Assembly (NCBI GenBank): GCA_023958095.1
Contig: JAMLGJ010000013.1
Coordinates: 18,244 to 50,243, forward strand
Reading direction: 5' to 3'
Origin: Microthrixaceae bacterium
Lineage (GTDB): Bacteria; Actinomycetota; Acidimicrobiia; Acidimicrobiales; Microtrichaceae
Length of the DNA stretch: 32,000 bases
Made by a program: the position numbers and the translations under genes. Below are positions 8,635-15,774 of the stretch, piece after piece; the stretch's first letter is position 1; each line of letters starts with the position of its first letter. The notes below the pieces were generated by a model, which saw only the letters and a list, made by a program, of their open reading frames with translations, was not told where the DNA came from and ran no database searches.

Positions 8635-9441
8635 TCAGGCGTAGCGGAGGGCGACCGCGGCTTCGGGCGCGTGCACGTGGAACGTGAGTGACTCCTCTAT
8701 GTAGAGCTCCACGTTCTCGGCGTCGGCATGTGTGAAGCCGATCGAGTAGTCCTGCCCGCAGTAGAGCTCGAAGTCGTCGCCGCGCAGCGACATGACGATC
8801 GCACCGCTCACCGCTGGTGCGTAGACGACGGGCCCCTGCAGGATCAGCCGGAGGCGTTCCAGGATCGGGTACCCGCCGTCCTCGGTGGTCTCCAGGATCC
8901 CCGCGTAGCAGTCGGGTCCGAGGGCGATGCCGTAGGGGCCCTCGACACCGCCGTCGCGAAGCGTGGCGACCGCCATGGCGGTCCAGGTGGGGTAGCGGCC
9001 GTAGTCGGTGTGGATCTCGATCGGGTCGTGCGGGGACACCTCGACGATGCCCTCGATCCCGCCCGCGGGATAGCCGTGGAACACCGCCCGGTCCTCCGCC
9101 CGTGCCACCGAGCGGGCCGCGTCCACCACGGCGTCCAGGTCGGGTGACTTGTGGCCCCGGTCTATGGCATCCAGTTCGTTGCGCTTCAGGGTGAACGGGG
9201 CGCGCAGCTCCACGTAGGTCTGCACGACCCGCTTCGCGGCGTCGACGCCATCGGATGGGGAGTCGCCCAGCCCCTCGACGGTTCCCAGGGTCACCGCGGA
9301 GGCGGCCCAGCCGTGGGGGCCGCTGAAGTCGACCAGGCGCCGTGCGGCCAGGAAGTTCTCGAGTGCTCGCTTGGCCTCGGAGTCGATCTCCGCCCAGGCG
9401 GCGTCGGTGATCGGGGCGAGATCGCGGTGCAGGTGGTTCAT
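8635..9441 (-). CDS. enc: Family 1 encapsulin nanocompartment shell protein (linocin M18/HK97-fold type)
   Basis: The start is ATG 9441, in frame with track ORF 8635..9690. The 268-aa product begins MNHLHRDLAPITDAAWAEIDSEAKRALENFLAARRLVDFSGPHGW, the canonical encapsulin N-terminus. The rest has a co-linear encapsulin-like pattern (ELRAPFTL, AVFHGY, GPYGIALGPD, VVYAPAVSGAIVMSLRGDDFEL). The start overlaps the EncFtn stop (ATGA). Confidence 0.9.
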   Translation of the reverse strand: MNHLHRDLAPITDAAWAEIDSEAKRALENFLAARRLVDFSGPHGWAASAVTLGTVEGLGDSPSDGVDAAKRVVQTYVELRAPFTLKRNELDAIDRGHKSPDLDAVVDAARSVARAEDRAVFHGYPAGGIEGIVEVSPHDPIEIHTDYGRYPTWTAMAVATLRDGGVEGPYGIALGPDCYAGILETTEDGGYPILERLRLILQGPVVYAPAVSGAIVMSLRGDDFELYCGQDYSIGFTHADAENVELYIEESLTFHVHAPEAAVALRYA

Positions 9442-9896
9442 AGCGGGTACCTCTCGAGGTTGTGGAGGGCTTCGTCGTACTCGTTCGTCCCCGCGAGGTC
9501 GCGGAGGCTGCCGATCCGCAGCGAGTGGGCGTCGTGGCCGGAACCCGACCCCGCGCCCGGTTCCGGTTCCGGAGCCGCGTCGCCGCCGGAGCGCGCCATC
9601 GCCTCCTCCTCGACCTCGGTGATCGGGCCCTCGGTGAAGAGGTAGGTGCGCAGTTCCTCGTCGAACTTGGGATCGTTGCGTCGCAGCCATTCGATGCCCA
9701 TGGCCGCGTGTTCCTTCTCCTCGTCCCGGTTGTGGGCGAGCACCGCCGCGAGGTCGGCGTCATCCGTCGCTGAGACGCGCTGGTCGTACCAGTCGACGGC
9801 CTCGAGCTCCTCCATGATCGAGGTGATCATGCGATGCCGGTTGATCACGGCCTCGTCGAGGCTCGAGAGCGGTTCGTGAAGGCCCTCGCTTCCCAT
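9438..9896 (-). CDS. encFtn: encapsulated ferritin-like protein (EncFtn/Flp cargo)
   Basis: ATG 9896 with GAGGAGG upstream. The 152-aa product has an E...ExxH arrangement (MEELEAVDWY, DEEKEH) like the EncFtn ferroxidase centre. A Pro/Gly/Ser linker (APEPEPGAGSGSG) follows, then SLRIGSLRD, which matches the encapsulin cargo-loading peptide pattern. Confidence 0.85.
   Translation of the reverse strand: MGSEGLHEPLSSLDEAVINRHRMITSIMEELEAVDWYDQRVSATDDADLAAVLAHNRDEEKEHAAMGIEWLRRNDPKFDEELRTYLFTEGPITEVEEEAMARSGGDAAPEPEPGAGSGSGHDAHSLRIGSLRDLAGTNEYDEALHNLERYPL
9498..9524 (-). other. encapsulin cargo-loading (targeting) peptide motif SLRIGSLRD within EncFtn
   Basis: The reverse complement of 9498-9524 reads tcg ctg cgg atc ggc agc ctc cgc gac, which translates to SLRIGSLRD. 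It resembles the S-L-x-I-G-S-L-K/R type loading peptides of Family 1 cargo proteins. Confidence 0.75.
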
Positions 9897-9995
9897 CTGT
9901 CCTCCTCGCTGCGGACGGTGGTCCTCACCCGCAATGCAGCCGTTCCGGGTTGGGGGTCCAACATACCGCCTCTGCGTGGGCATCGGCGGCGGGTC

Positions 9996-10544
9996 TCAGC
10001 CGTTCATCGAGCTCCGCAGCATCTCGGCGAAGCCACCACCGTCGATGTAGCGCGTGTGTTCGATTCGACTCGAGAACCGCCAGGTGGAGCCACGGCGCAC
10101 ATAGGTGTCCTCGTAGACCGCACCGACATCGAGGATCTCGTCGTGGCCCTCGTGGGTCACCCCGTTGCGGTTGAACACGTGGAGCCTGCCCCGTGCGCGG
10201 TCCTCGGCGGTGAAGGTGATCTCATGGGTGGACATCGAGTGCATGCACCACCTGAACGCCGCGAAGGCCTCGGGGAACCACTCGGCGAGCTGCGACGGGG
10301 TGCCGCAGATGCCCCCTGCAGAGGTGTAGTCGACGGTGGCATCCGGCTCGAACAGCGCTTCCCAACGGGCCCAGTCGCGGTCGTCGACCGCATGTGCGTA
10401 GGCGATGGCCAGGTCCTCGATCGCCCGGATGTCGCCCAGGCGCTGCGGTGGGGGAACCTCTCCGTCGGTGCGCCCGGGGCCCCCGCTCACGGTGCCCCGG
10501 TCCGGCGCGCTGCGTTGGTCCGGGACGGTGTGCTCTTCGGCCAT
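9996..10544 (-). CDS. SnoaL-like / NTF2-fold family protein
   Basis: ATG 10544 (MAEEHTV) is in frame with track ORF 9996..10616. The block IRAIEDLAIAYAHAVDDRDWARWEALFEPDATVDY is typical of SnoaL_4/NTF2-like domains. Confidence 0.65.
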   Translation of the reverse strand: MAEEHTVPDQRSAPDRGTVSGGPGRTDGEVPPPQRLGDIRAIEDLAIAYAHAVDDRDWARWEALFEPDATVDYTSAGGICGTPSQLAEWFPEAFAAFRWCMHSMSTHEITFTAEDRARGRLHVFNRNGVTHEGHDEILDVGAVYEDTYVRRGSTWRFSSRIEHTRYIDGGGFAEMLRSSMNG

Positions 10545-10554
10545 GGGAGCGAGC

Positions 10555-11907
10555 CTACGCTCCCCCGACCAGCCCGTCGGCGGCCGTTCCCCCGGCGGCC
10601 CCGTCCGTCGCTCCACCGCTGCCGGCGGGTTCCCTCGGGGGCTCCGGCGCCGCCGACCGTGGGGGGAAGGGGTCCCCGTCGGTGAGCTTCGCGATCACGT
10701 AGCGCCCGTACTCCTTGCCCGTGGCGATGACCGGCACGACCAGCAACGCTCCGACCAGGCCACCCACCTGGACCCCCACGAGCAGGCCGATGATCACCGT
10801 GGCGGGGGACAACCTCACCGCCCGGCCGGTGATGAGTGGAGCCACCAGGTTCGCCTGCAGCTGCACCACCACCAGGTACAGGATCGTCACCAGCACCGCG
10901 AAGCCCAGGTTCCCCCAGTCGAGGCGGGTGGATCCCAGCGCCAGCGCGGCGAGCACTGCCGGGATCGCCGCCAGGATCGGACCGAAGGTGGGAATCATGT
11001 TGAGCACCCCCAGCGTGAGCGCGAACACGAACGCCCCCGGCAGTCCGATCAGCCACAACACCATCCACATGAGGACCCCGACCATGAGGCTGTTGAGGAG
11101 CTGGCCATAGACGTAGCCACGCCAGATGGCGAGGGTGCGCTGGCCGAGGCGCTCGATGTCCCCACGGTGCTGCGCGGGCACCGTCCGGCGGAACGAGTTG
11201 AGGAACTTGGTGCTGTCCGCGTTCAGGTAGATGGCGACCAGCACGGTGATTATCCCCGACATGAACGCCGCGAGGATCGACGACCCGACCGTGCTGACCG
11301 ACGAGGTGAGGCCACCGAAGAGGGACTGGATCTGGTCGGAGCTCAACTGGAGACGCTTCTCGGACTCGGACTCGCCTTCCTTGCCCCCGGAGTCCGATGA
11401 CCCCGAGTCGTCTCCGCGGAGGTCCTCGAGGAGCGGATCCACCGCGTCGGTCAGGTCCACCGTGTAGCCCGCGATCGAGAACTCGCGGACCGACTCCAGG
11501 ACGTCCTCGGCGGTCGAGCGCAGCGACTCCTCGGCCTGGGCGACGTCCAGTTCGGACACCGCTCCCACCACACCGTCGACCATCATGAACCCCACCACGA
11601 GCAGTCCGATGAACACCGCGACGTAGCTGCCGAGAAGAGCGAGGGCCCGGGGCATGCGCAGCCTCAGGTGCATGAACCGGATGACCGGGGCCACTAGGAA
11701 CGCGATCAGCCCGGCCAGGGCCGCCACGGCGAGCACGTTGCGGCTCAGGTAGAGCACGGTGAGCGAGGCCAGCACCAGTGCCACGGCCATGATGTGCTTG
11801 GTCGGGGGGCTCCAGCTCGCCGACTCGGCGGGGGCGGTGTCCTCCTGCGGGGCCGCGGGCGGTGCATCCGCGCCCGGTTCGGTGTCGGAGGAGGGTTCGT
11901 CGGCCAT
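10555..11907 (-). CDS. AI-2E family transporter (PerM/YhhT-like permease)
   Basis: ATG 11907 with GAGG 6 nt upstream. The product is multi-TM, with the characteristic block LTLGVLNMIPTFGPILAAIPAVLAAL ... VVQLQANLVAPLITGRAVRLSPATVIIGLL. Confidence 0.8.
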   Translation of the reverse strand: MADEPSSDTEPGADAPPAAPQEDTAPAESASWSPPTKHIMAVALVLASLTVLYLSRNVLAVAALAGLIAFLVAPVIRFMHLRLRMPRALALLGSYVAVFIGLLVVGFMMVDGVVGAVSELDVAQAEESLRSTAEDVLESVREFSIAGYTVDLTDAVDPLLEDLRGDDSGSSDSGGKEGESESEKRLQLSSDQIQSLFGGLTSSVSTVGSSILAAFMSGIITVLVAIYLNADSTKFLNSFRRTVPAQHRGDIERLGQRTLAIWRGYVYGQLLNSLMVGVLMWMVLWLIGLPGAFVFALTLGVLNMIPTFGPILAAIPAVLAALALGSTRLDWGNLGFAVLVTILYLVVVQLQANLVAPLITGRAVRLSPATVIIGLLVGVQVGGLVGALLVVPVIATGKEYGRYVIAKLTDGDPFPPRSAAPEPPREPAGSGGATDGAAGGTAADGLVGGA

Positions 11908-12030
11908 TGCGCACCTCGGGGTGGGGTGGGCCCCTTGCCCACCGGTACCCACAACGGTGCACCGCCGCAGGGCCGGATTGGTGGACCGGTGCCCGGAGCC
12001 GCCCGGGCGGCGGACTCGCGGTGGTGCCGC

Positions 12031-12327
12031 TCAGCTCCTCGGGGTCTCGCCGAGTTCGTCGTTGAAACCGCGGTACATCTCGTAGATCTCCTTGCAGCGC
12101 TGGCACACCGGAAGGCGCTTCGGGTCGCGGCTGGGCACCCAGACGTGGCCGCAGAGTGCCTCGAGCGGCGTCCCCTCGACCCTCGCCGCGAGCACCTTGG
12201 CCGCAGCGTCCTCCCCGGGGAGGGTCTTGACGATGTGGGCGACCGGACCGTCCTCGGTCTCGGTTCGTTCCTCGGTGACGGTGGTGGTCGCGGGACTCGA
12301 GGTCGGCTGCACCTGGGTGTCGGTCAT
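12031..12327 (-). CDS. DUF3039 domain-containing protein
   Basis: The 98-aa ORF ends with ALCGHVWVPSRDPKRLPVCQRCKEIYEMY. This matches the conserved actinobacterial DUF3039 C-x...C-x2-C region as I recall it. Confidence 0.7.
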   Translation of the reverse strand: MTDTQVQPTSSPATTTVTEERTETEDGPVAHIVKTLPGEDAAAKVLAARVEGTPLEALCGHVWVPSRDPKRLPVCQRCKEIYEMYRGFNDELGETPRS

Positions 12328-12373
12328 CGCCCCATGATCGCCCAGGGCGCTGCCCGGTGCACCTCGGAACGCC

Positions 12374-12829
12374 TCACCTGCGCCGGCAGTGGAGGCGCAG
12401 CTTCTCGCCGCTTCCCTCCGAGGAGGTCACCGACAGCCCGCTGCGGGCGATCGCGTCGCGGAGCACTGCTTCGGTGACGCCCGGATCGGCCTCGATACCG
12501 CCGACGGTCAGCCCCGGTGGGATCTCCACGACGGTGGTCCCACCGGGTTCGAGACCCTCGGCCATCCGGCCGACCTCCGCCACGAGCAGTTCGAGGGTGG
12601 GGCCTGCACCGCTCGACGCGGTGGTGGCGTCGGCGAGCGAGGCGAACTCGGTGGTGGTACCGGAGCGGCGGGCGTCCTCGGCGGCACGGCGGCGGCGCAT
12701 CCGTGCCCACTGCCACAGCGCCACGGGTGCCATGACGACCAGGGCGATGACGAACGAACGCACCAGCACCACCGAGGAACCGGTGTCAGCGAGAATGGCG
12801 CCGGCGGCTGTTGTGGACACGAAGGGCAT
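12374..12829 (-). CDS. hypothetical membrane-anchored protein
   Basis: 151-aa ORF. Manual codon reading shows nearly uniform G/C third positions. It has one N-terminal TM segment (VVLVRSFVIALVVMAPVALW) followed by RRRR and a soluble domain. The overlapping plus-strand ORFs are Ser/Thr/Arg-rich shadows. Confidence 0.6.
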   Translation of the reverse strand: MPFVSTTAAGAILADTGSSVVLVRSFVIALVVMAPVALWQWARMRRRRAAEDARRSGTTTEFASLADATTASSGAGPTLELLVAEVGRMAEGLEPGGTTVVEIPPGLTVGGIEADPGVTEAVLRDAIARSGLSVTSSEGSGEKLRLHCRRR

Positions 12830-12904
12830 TCTCCCAAGCTAGGTGTGGTGGCCCGCGCAACCCGGGTTGCCGCTCGTGCGCCGCGTGGCACCTAGGTTTG
12901 TGGC

Positions 12905-13210
12905 ATGCACACGGAATCCGATGCCCAGGGCTCCTCGGGGCCGGGCCGCACCGTCGCACAGCCCGTCGGGGGAGTCGACTCGCCGCAGCCCGCGGCCCCG
13001 GTCGCCGCCGGTTCGGGCGGACCGGCCGTCGAAGCTTCGCCGGACCCGGGTTCGCTCGAAGCGCTCGAAGCCGACATCGCCGCTGTTGCATCGGCTCTGG
13101 AGACCCTCGAGGAGGTGCTGGCCGACGCCGGTGCCGACGGGAACTCACTGCGTTCGGCGGCAGACACCATCGGCCGGGTGGTGTCGCCCGAGCGCTTCGG
13201 CGGTCAGTGA
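12905..13210 (+). CDS. hypothetical small acidic protein
   Basis: 101-aa ORF with high third-position GC. Its stop overlaps the start of the next gene (GTGA at 13207-13210), which supports translation. Confidence 0.55.
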   Translation: MHTESDAQGSSGPGRTVAQPVGGVDSPQPAAPVAAGSGGPAVEASPDPGSLEALEADIAAVASALETLEEVLADAGADGNSLRSAADTIGRVVSPERFGGQ

Positions 13211-13809
13211 ACGCGACCGTTCCCAGCACCCGGGTGCTGGTAGTGCGCCACGGGCAATCGGAGTGGAACGCGCTCGGGCTCTGGCAGGGCCAGGAGGACC
13301 CACCGCTGTCGGACCTCGGGCGCGCCCAGGCCGCCGAGGCCTCGGCGTCGGTCGGATCGGTCGACGCGATAGTGGCTTCACCGTTGGTCAGGGCCTCGGA
13401 GACCGCGCGCATCATCGGCGAGGCCATGGGGGTCGGACCCGTGCTCGAGGTGGCCGGATTGGTGGAGCGCCACGCGGGCGAGTGGCAGGGACTGACCCGC
13501 GCCCAGATCGAACAGCAGTGGCCGGGCTACCTGGCGGCCGGGGACCGTCCACCGGGTTGGGAAGCCGATGCGGTGGTGGAGCAACGCGCCGCACTGGCGC
13601 TCGAGGAGGTCTCGCAGCGCTTCGCCGGGGGCACGGTGCTGGCCGTCGCGCACGCCGGGATCATCTATGCCGTGGAGAGGCTCCTGGGTGCGCCCTTCGA
13701 GCGGATCGCGAACCTGGCGGGCCGCGAGCTGGAGCATTCCGGAACCGGCCTGAGTCTCGGTGAACGTGTGCACCTGGTGGCCCACGAGACGACTCCCGGG
13801 CAGATCTGA
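13207..13809 (+). CDS. histidine phosphatase family (phosphoglycerate mutase-like) protein
   Basis: GTG 13207 is in frame with track ORF 12811..13809. The RHG catalytic motif sits in VLVVRHGQSEWN, followed by PPLSDLGRAQA, SPLVRASETA, ERHAGEWQG and AVAHAG, typical of the histidine phosphatase superfamily. Confidence 0.8.
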   Translation: MNATVPSTRVLVVRHGQSEWNALGLWQGQEDPPLSDLGRAQAAEASASVGSVDAIVASPLVRASETARIIGEAMGVGPVLEVAGLVERHAGEWQGLTRAQIEQQWPGYLAAGDRPPGWEADAVVEQRAALALEEVSQRFAGGTVLAVAHAGIIYAVERLLGAPFERIANLAGRELEHSGTGLSLGERVHLVAHETTPGQI

Positions 13810-13893
13810 CCCGTCGGGGCGGCCCGTGGCGACGCCGTGTCGCGCGGTGCCCGTTCGGGTTTCGGGGCCACCGTGGGCACTACCGTTGTGCCC

Positions 13894-14130
13894 ATGGCAA
13901 CGGTGCTGTTCTTCGCCCAGGCCAGGGAGGCCGCCGGCACCGGCATGCTCACCTCGGAGGGTTCGACCATCGCAGAGGTGATGGACGACCTGTGTTCCCG
14001 TCTGGGCACGGGGTTCGCCGAGGTGGCTGCGACGAGTCGTGTCTGGCGCAACGGGGAACCGGCCGGTGGCGACGACCCCGTCGGTCGCACCGACGAGGTG
14101 GCAGTGCTCCCGCCCGTGTCGGGAGGTTGA
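13894..14130 (+). CDS. MoaD/ThiS family sulfur-carrier protein
   Basis: ATG 13894 is in frame with track ORF 13837..14130. The 78-aa product begins MATVLFFAQAREAAG and ends VAVLPPVSGG with a C-terminal Gly-Gly. Confidence 0.7.
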   Translation: MATVLFFAQAREAAGTGMLTSEGSTIAEVMDDLCSRLGTGFAEVAATSRVWRNGEPAGGDDPVGRTDEVAVLPPVSGG

Positions 14131-14173
14131 CAGCATGTGCTCATTCGCGTCGTTGCCGGGTTCGGTGAACGGG

Positions 14174-14195
14174 CCCGGGTCGCTCGACACCCGGG
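14174..14195 (+). terminator. putative GC-rich stem-loop downstream of the MoaD-like gene (no U-tract)
   Basis: CCCGGGT (14174-14180) and ACCCGGG (14189-14195) are perfect complements around an 8-nt loop. The function is not established. Confidence 0.3.
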
Positions 14196-14210
14196 TGGAG
14201 GATCGGGTGC

Positions 14211-15245
14211 ATGGACGCTGAACCCGTCGTCCGCCGCAGGCGCGTCCAGCAGGCCCCGGAGCCCAAGCGCGGCGGTGCGCGCCCCAAGCGCCGGTCATCC
14301 GGATCGGCGGGCCCGGGATCGAAGGCCGGGAAGGCCCCGAGCCCGAAGCAGGGCGCGAAGGCCGGCAATGCTCCGACGAAGCAACCCCGGAAGAAGCAGC
14401 CCCAGAAGAAGCAGCCCCAGAAGAAGCAGTCCCAGAAGAAGGGCGCGGGAGGCAGCGCCGGGAGCTCCGGGAAGTCGAGCACTCCCGCGGTCGCGGGGTT
14501 CCTGATCCGCCCCGACACCAGCGGGCACAAGGTGAAGCTGGGCCTCGCCTGGTTCGCGGCGGCGCTCGGCTCGCTGCTGCTCGGTCGTTGGGCCATCACG
14601 GCCCTGTGGGCTGCGGTGGCGGTGTTGGCGGCATGGCAGGTCACCGGCGCCTGGATGCAGCGACCCCGTGCCGAGGGGGCTCCCGGGTTCTCGCCCGCCC
14701 TTGCCGCGGTGGGAGCAGGGTCAATGGTCTGTGCCGCAGGCATCGGCACCTCCCTGGCGGGGCTCGGACTGATCGTGGTCCCCCTCGCCGTCGTGGGTGT
14801 CGTGATGGGGTCAGGTCGCAAGCCCGCGGCCGCCGGCGCTGCGCTGATCGGAGCGGTGCTCGCGGCGATCCCGGCTGTGTCGGTGATCCTCGTGGCCCGT
14901 GACGAGACGTGGGCGGCGTTGTTCCTGGTCGCCGCGGTCTCGTTCTACGACGCCGGGTACTTCATCGGAGCGGCCGAGTCCTCGAGCCGTCTGGAAGGGC
15001 CGGTCACGGGTGGGATCGGCCTGCTGGCGGTGACGTTCACCGCATCCGCGTTCGAGGCCCCACCCTTCGACAGGGCGACCGCGTGGATCGCCGGTGTGTT
15101 GATCCTCGCCGCCTGCCCACTGGGCCAGATGCTCACGTCGGCGGAGCTTCCCGAACCGGGAGCGAAGGTGCCCGCGATGCGTCGGCTGGATTCGTACCTG
15201 GTGGCCGCCCCCCTCATGGTGGGGGCCGTGTGGGCCCTGGGTTGA
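14211..15245 (+). CDS. divergent phosphatidate cytidylyltransferase (CdsA)-like membrane protein with a poly-basic repeat N-terminus
   Basis: ATG 14211 with GGAGGA 8 nt upstream. The first roughly 100 aa are Lys/Arg/Pro/Gln-rich and are followed by a multi-TM body. The C-terminal MRRLDSYLVAAPL resembles the CdsA DRxDSxxxxAP block, and YDAGYFIG resembles the SDTxAYFxG block. The family assignment comes from motif memory only. Confidence 0.5.
   Translation: MDAEPVVRRRRVQQAPEPKRGGARPKRRSSGSAGPGSKAGKAPSPKQGAKAGNAPTKQPRKKQPQKKQPQKKQSQKKGAGGSAGSSGKSSTPAVAGFLIRPDTSGHKVKLGLAWFAAALGSLLLGRWAITALWAAVAVLAAWQVTGAWMQRPRAEGAPGFSPALAAVGAGSMVCAAGIGTSLAGLGLIVVPLAVVGVVMGSGRKPAAAGAALIGAVLAAIPAVSVILVARDETWAALFLVAAVSFYDAGYFIGAAESSSRLEGPVTGGIGLLAVTFTASAFEAPPFDRATAWIAGVLILAACPLGQMLTSAELPEPGAKVPAMRRLDSYLVAAPLMVGAVWALG
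14391..14441 (+). repeat. in-frame 15-bp tandem repeat encoding KKQPQ KKQPQ KKQSQ KK
   Basis: aagaagcagccccag occurs at 14391-14405 and 14406-14420, aagaagcagtcccag at 14421-14435, and aagaag at 14436-14441. Confidence 0.9.
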
Positions 15246-15252
15246 GCGCCGA

Positions 15253-15774
15253 TCAGCCGAGCAGGTCGTCGACCCCGGCACCGTTGCGGTAGCGGGAGAT
15301 CAGTTCCGCCTGCACGCGGTCTATCCGCTTGTGCATCGCCGAGCGTGCGGTCGAGAGCTCCTGTTCGAGTGCCGAGGTGCGTTCTGCGGCGTCCGCGAGG
15401 TCCTCTAGGTCGACCTCGTGGAGCCGTGCGAGGTCCGCGGGGCCCATGATGTCGTCCAGTTCACCCACGAGCTCGTCGGCCCATTCGGGTGGCTCCAGGT
15501 CCCGGGTCGGCCGGGGCAGGCCCGGACCGGAGATGTGGGTGCCCAGGGTCGAGGGCATCGACTCGACGAGGTCGGCATCGGCGGCCCCGCTGCGGCGACG
15601 CTCCAGCTCCCCCATGAGGGTGTCGAGCCGGCCCTGTACCACCCGGCGGGCATAGGAGTAGCCGTACTCCACGCTCTGCAGGCGTTCACGCCAACCGCGG
15701 AGTGCGGCCATGTCGAGCGCGGCCAGGTCATCGGGCTCGTGTTCGACGATGAGGTCCTCGGGTTGGATGCGCAC
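15253..15774 (-). CDS. RsiG-like protein (candidate c-di-GMP-binding anti-sigma factor family)
   Basis: Track ORF 15253..15840. Two predicted helical segments carry E-YGY-S-YA-R-RVV-Q-GRL-D (15622-15669) and E-QEL-S-TA-R-SAM-H-KRI-D (15319-15366). These match the published RsiG motif E-x3-S-x2-R-x3-Q-x3-D, with the second copy Q to H. The start is tentative: GTG 15774 or ATG 15840. Confidence 0.6.
   Translation of the reverse strand: MRIQPEDLIVEHEPDDLAALDMAALRGWRERLQSVEYGYSYARRVVQGRLDTLMGELERRRSGAADADLVESMPSTLGTHISGPGLPRPTRDLEPPEWADELVGELDDIMGPADLARLHEVDLEDLADAAERTSALEQELSTARSAMHKRIDRVQAELISRYRNGAGVDDLLG

Noticed and set aside
9897-9995. An iron-responsive (IdeR/DtxR-type) operator upstream of the EncFtn gene.
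   Set aside because: I could not find a 19-bp palindrome resembling the IdeR box in the 99-nt gap. Only a weak TATGTT-like -10 candidate is visible, which is too weak to report.
9996-10544. The SnoaL-like protein as a second encapsulin cargo.
   Set aside because: Neither terminus carries an S-L-x-I-G-S-L-type loading motif. The N-terminal disordered segment (TVSGGPGRTDGEVPPP) does not resemble known targeting peptides. It is retained only as a neighbourhood observation.
11925-12011. The hairpin GGTGGGC-ccctt-GCCCACC (11925-11943) and the palindrome GCCGCCCGGGCGGC (11998-12011) downstream of the DUF3039 gene, considered as terminators.
   Set aside because: They may be terminators on the minus strand, but neither has a U-tract. 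The second has no loop unless the stem is shortened to about 5 bp. The evidence is too weak to list them as features.
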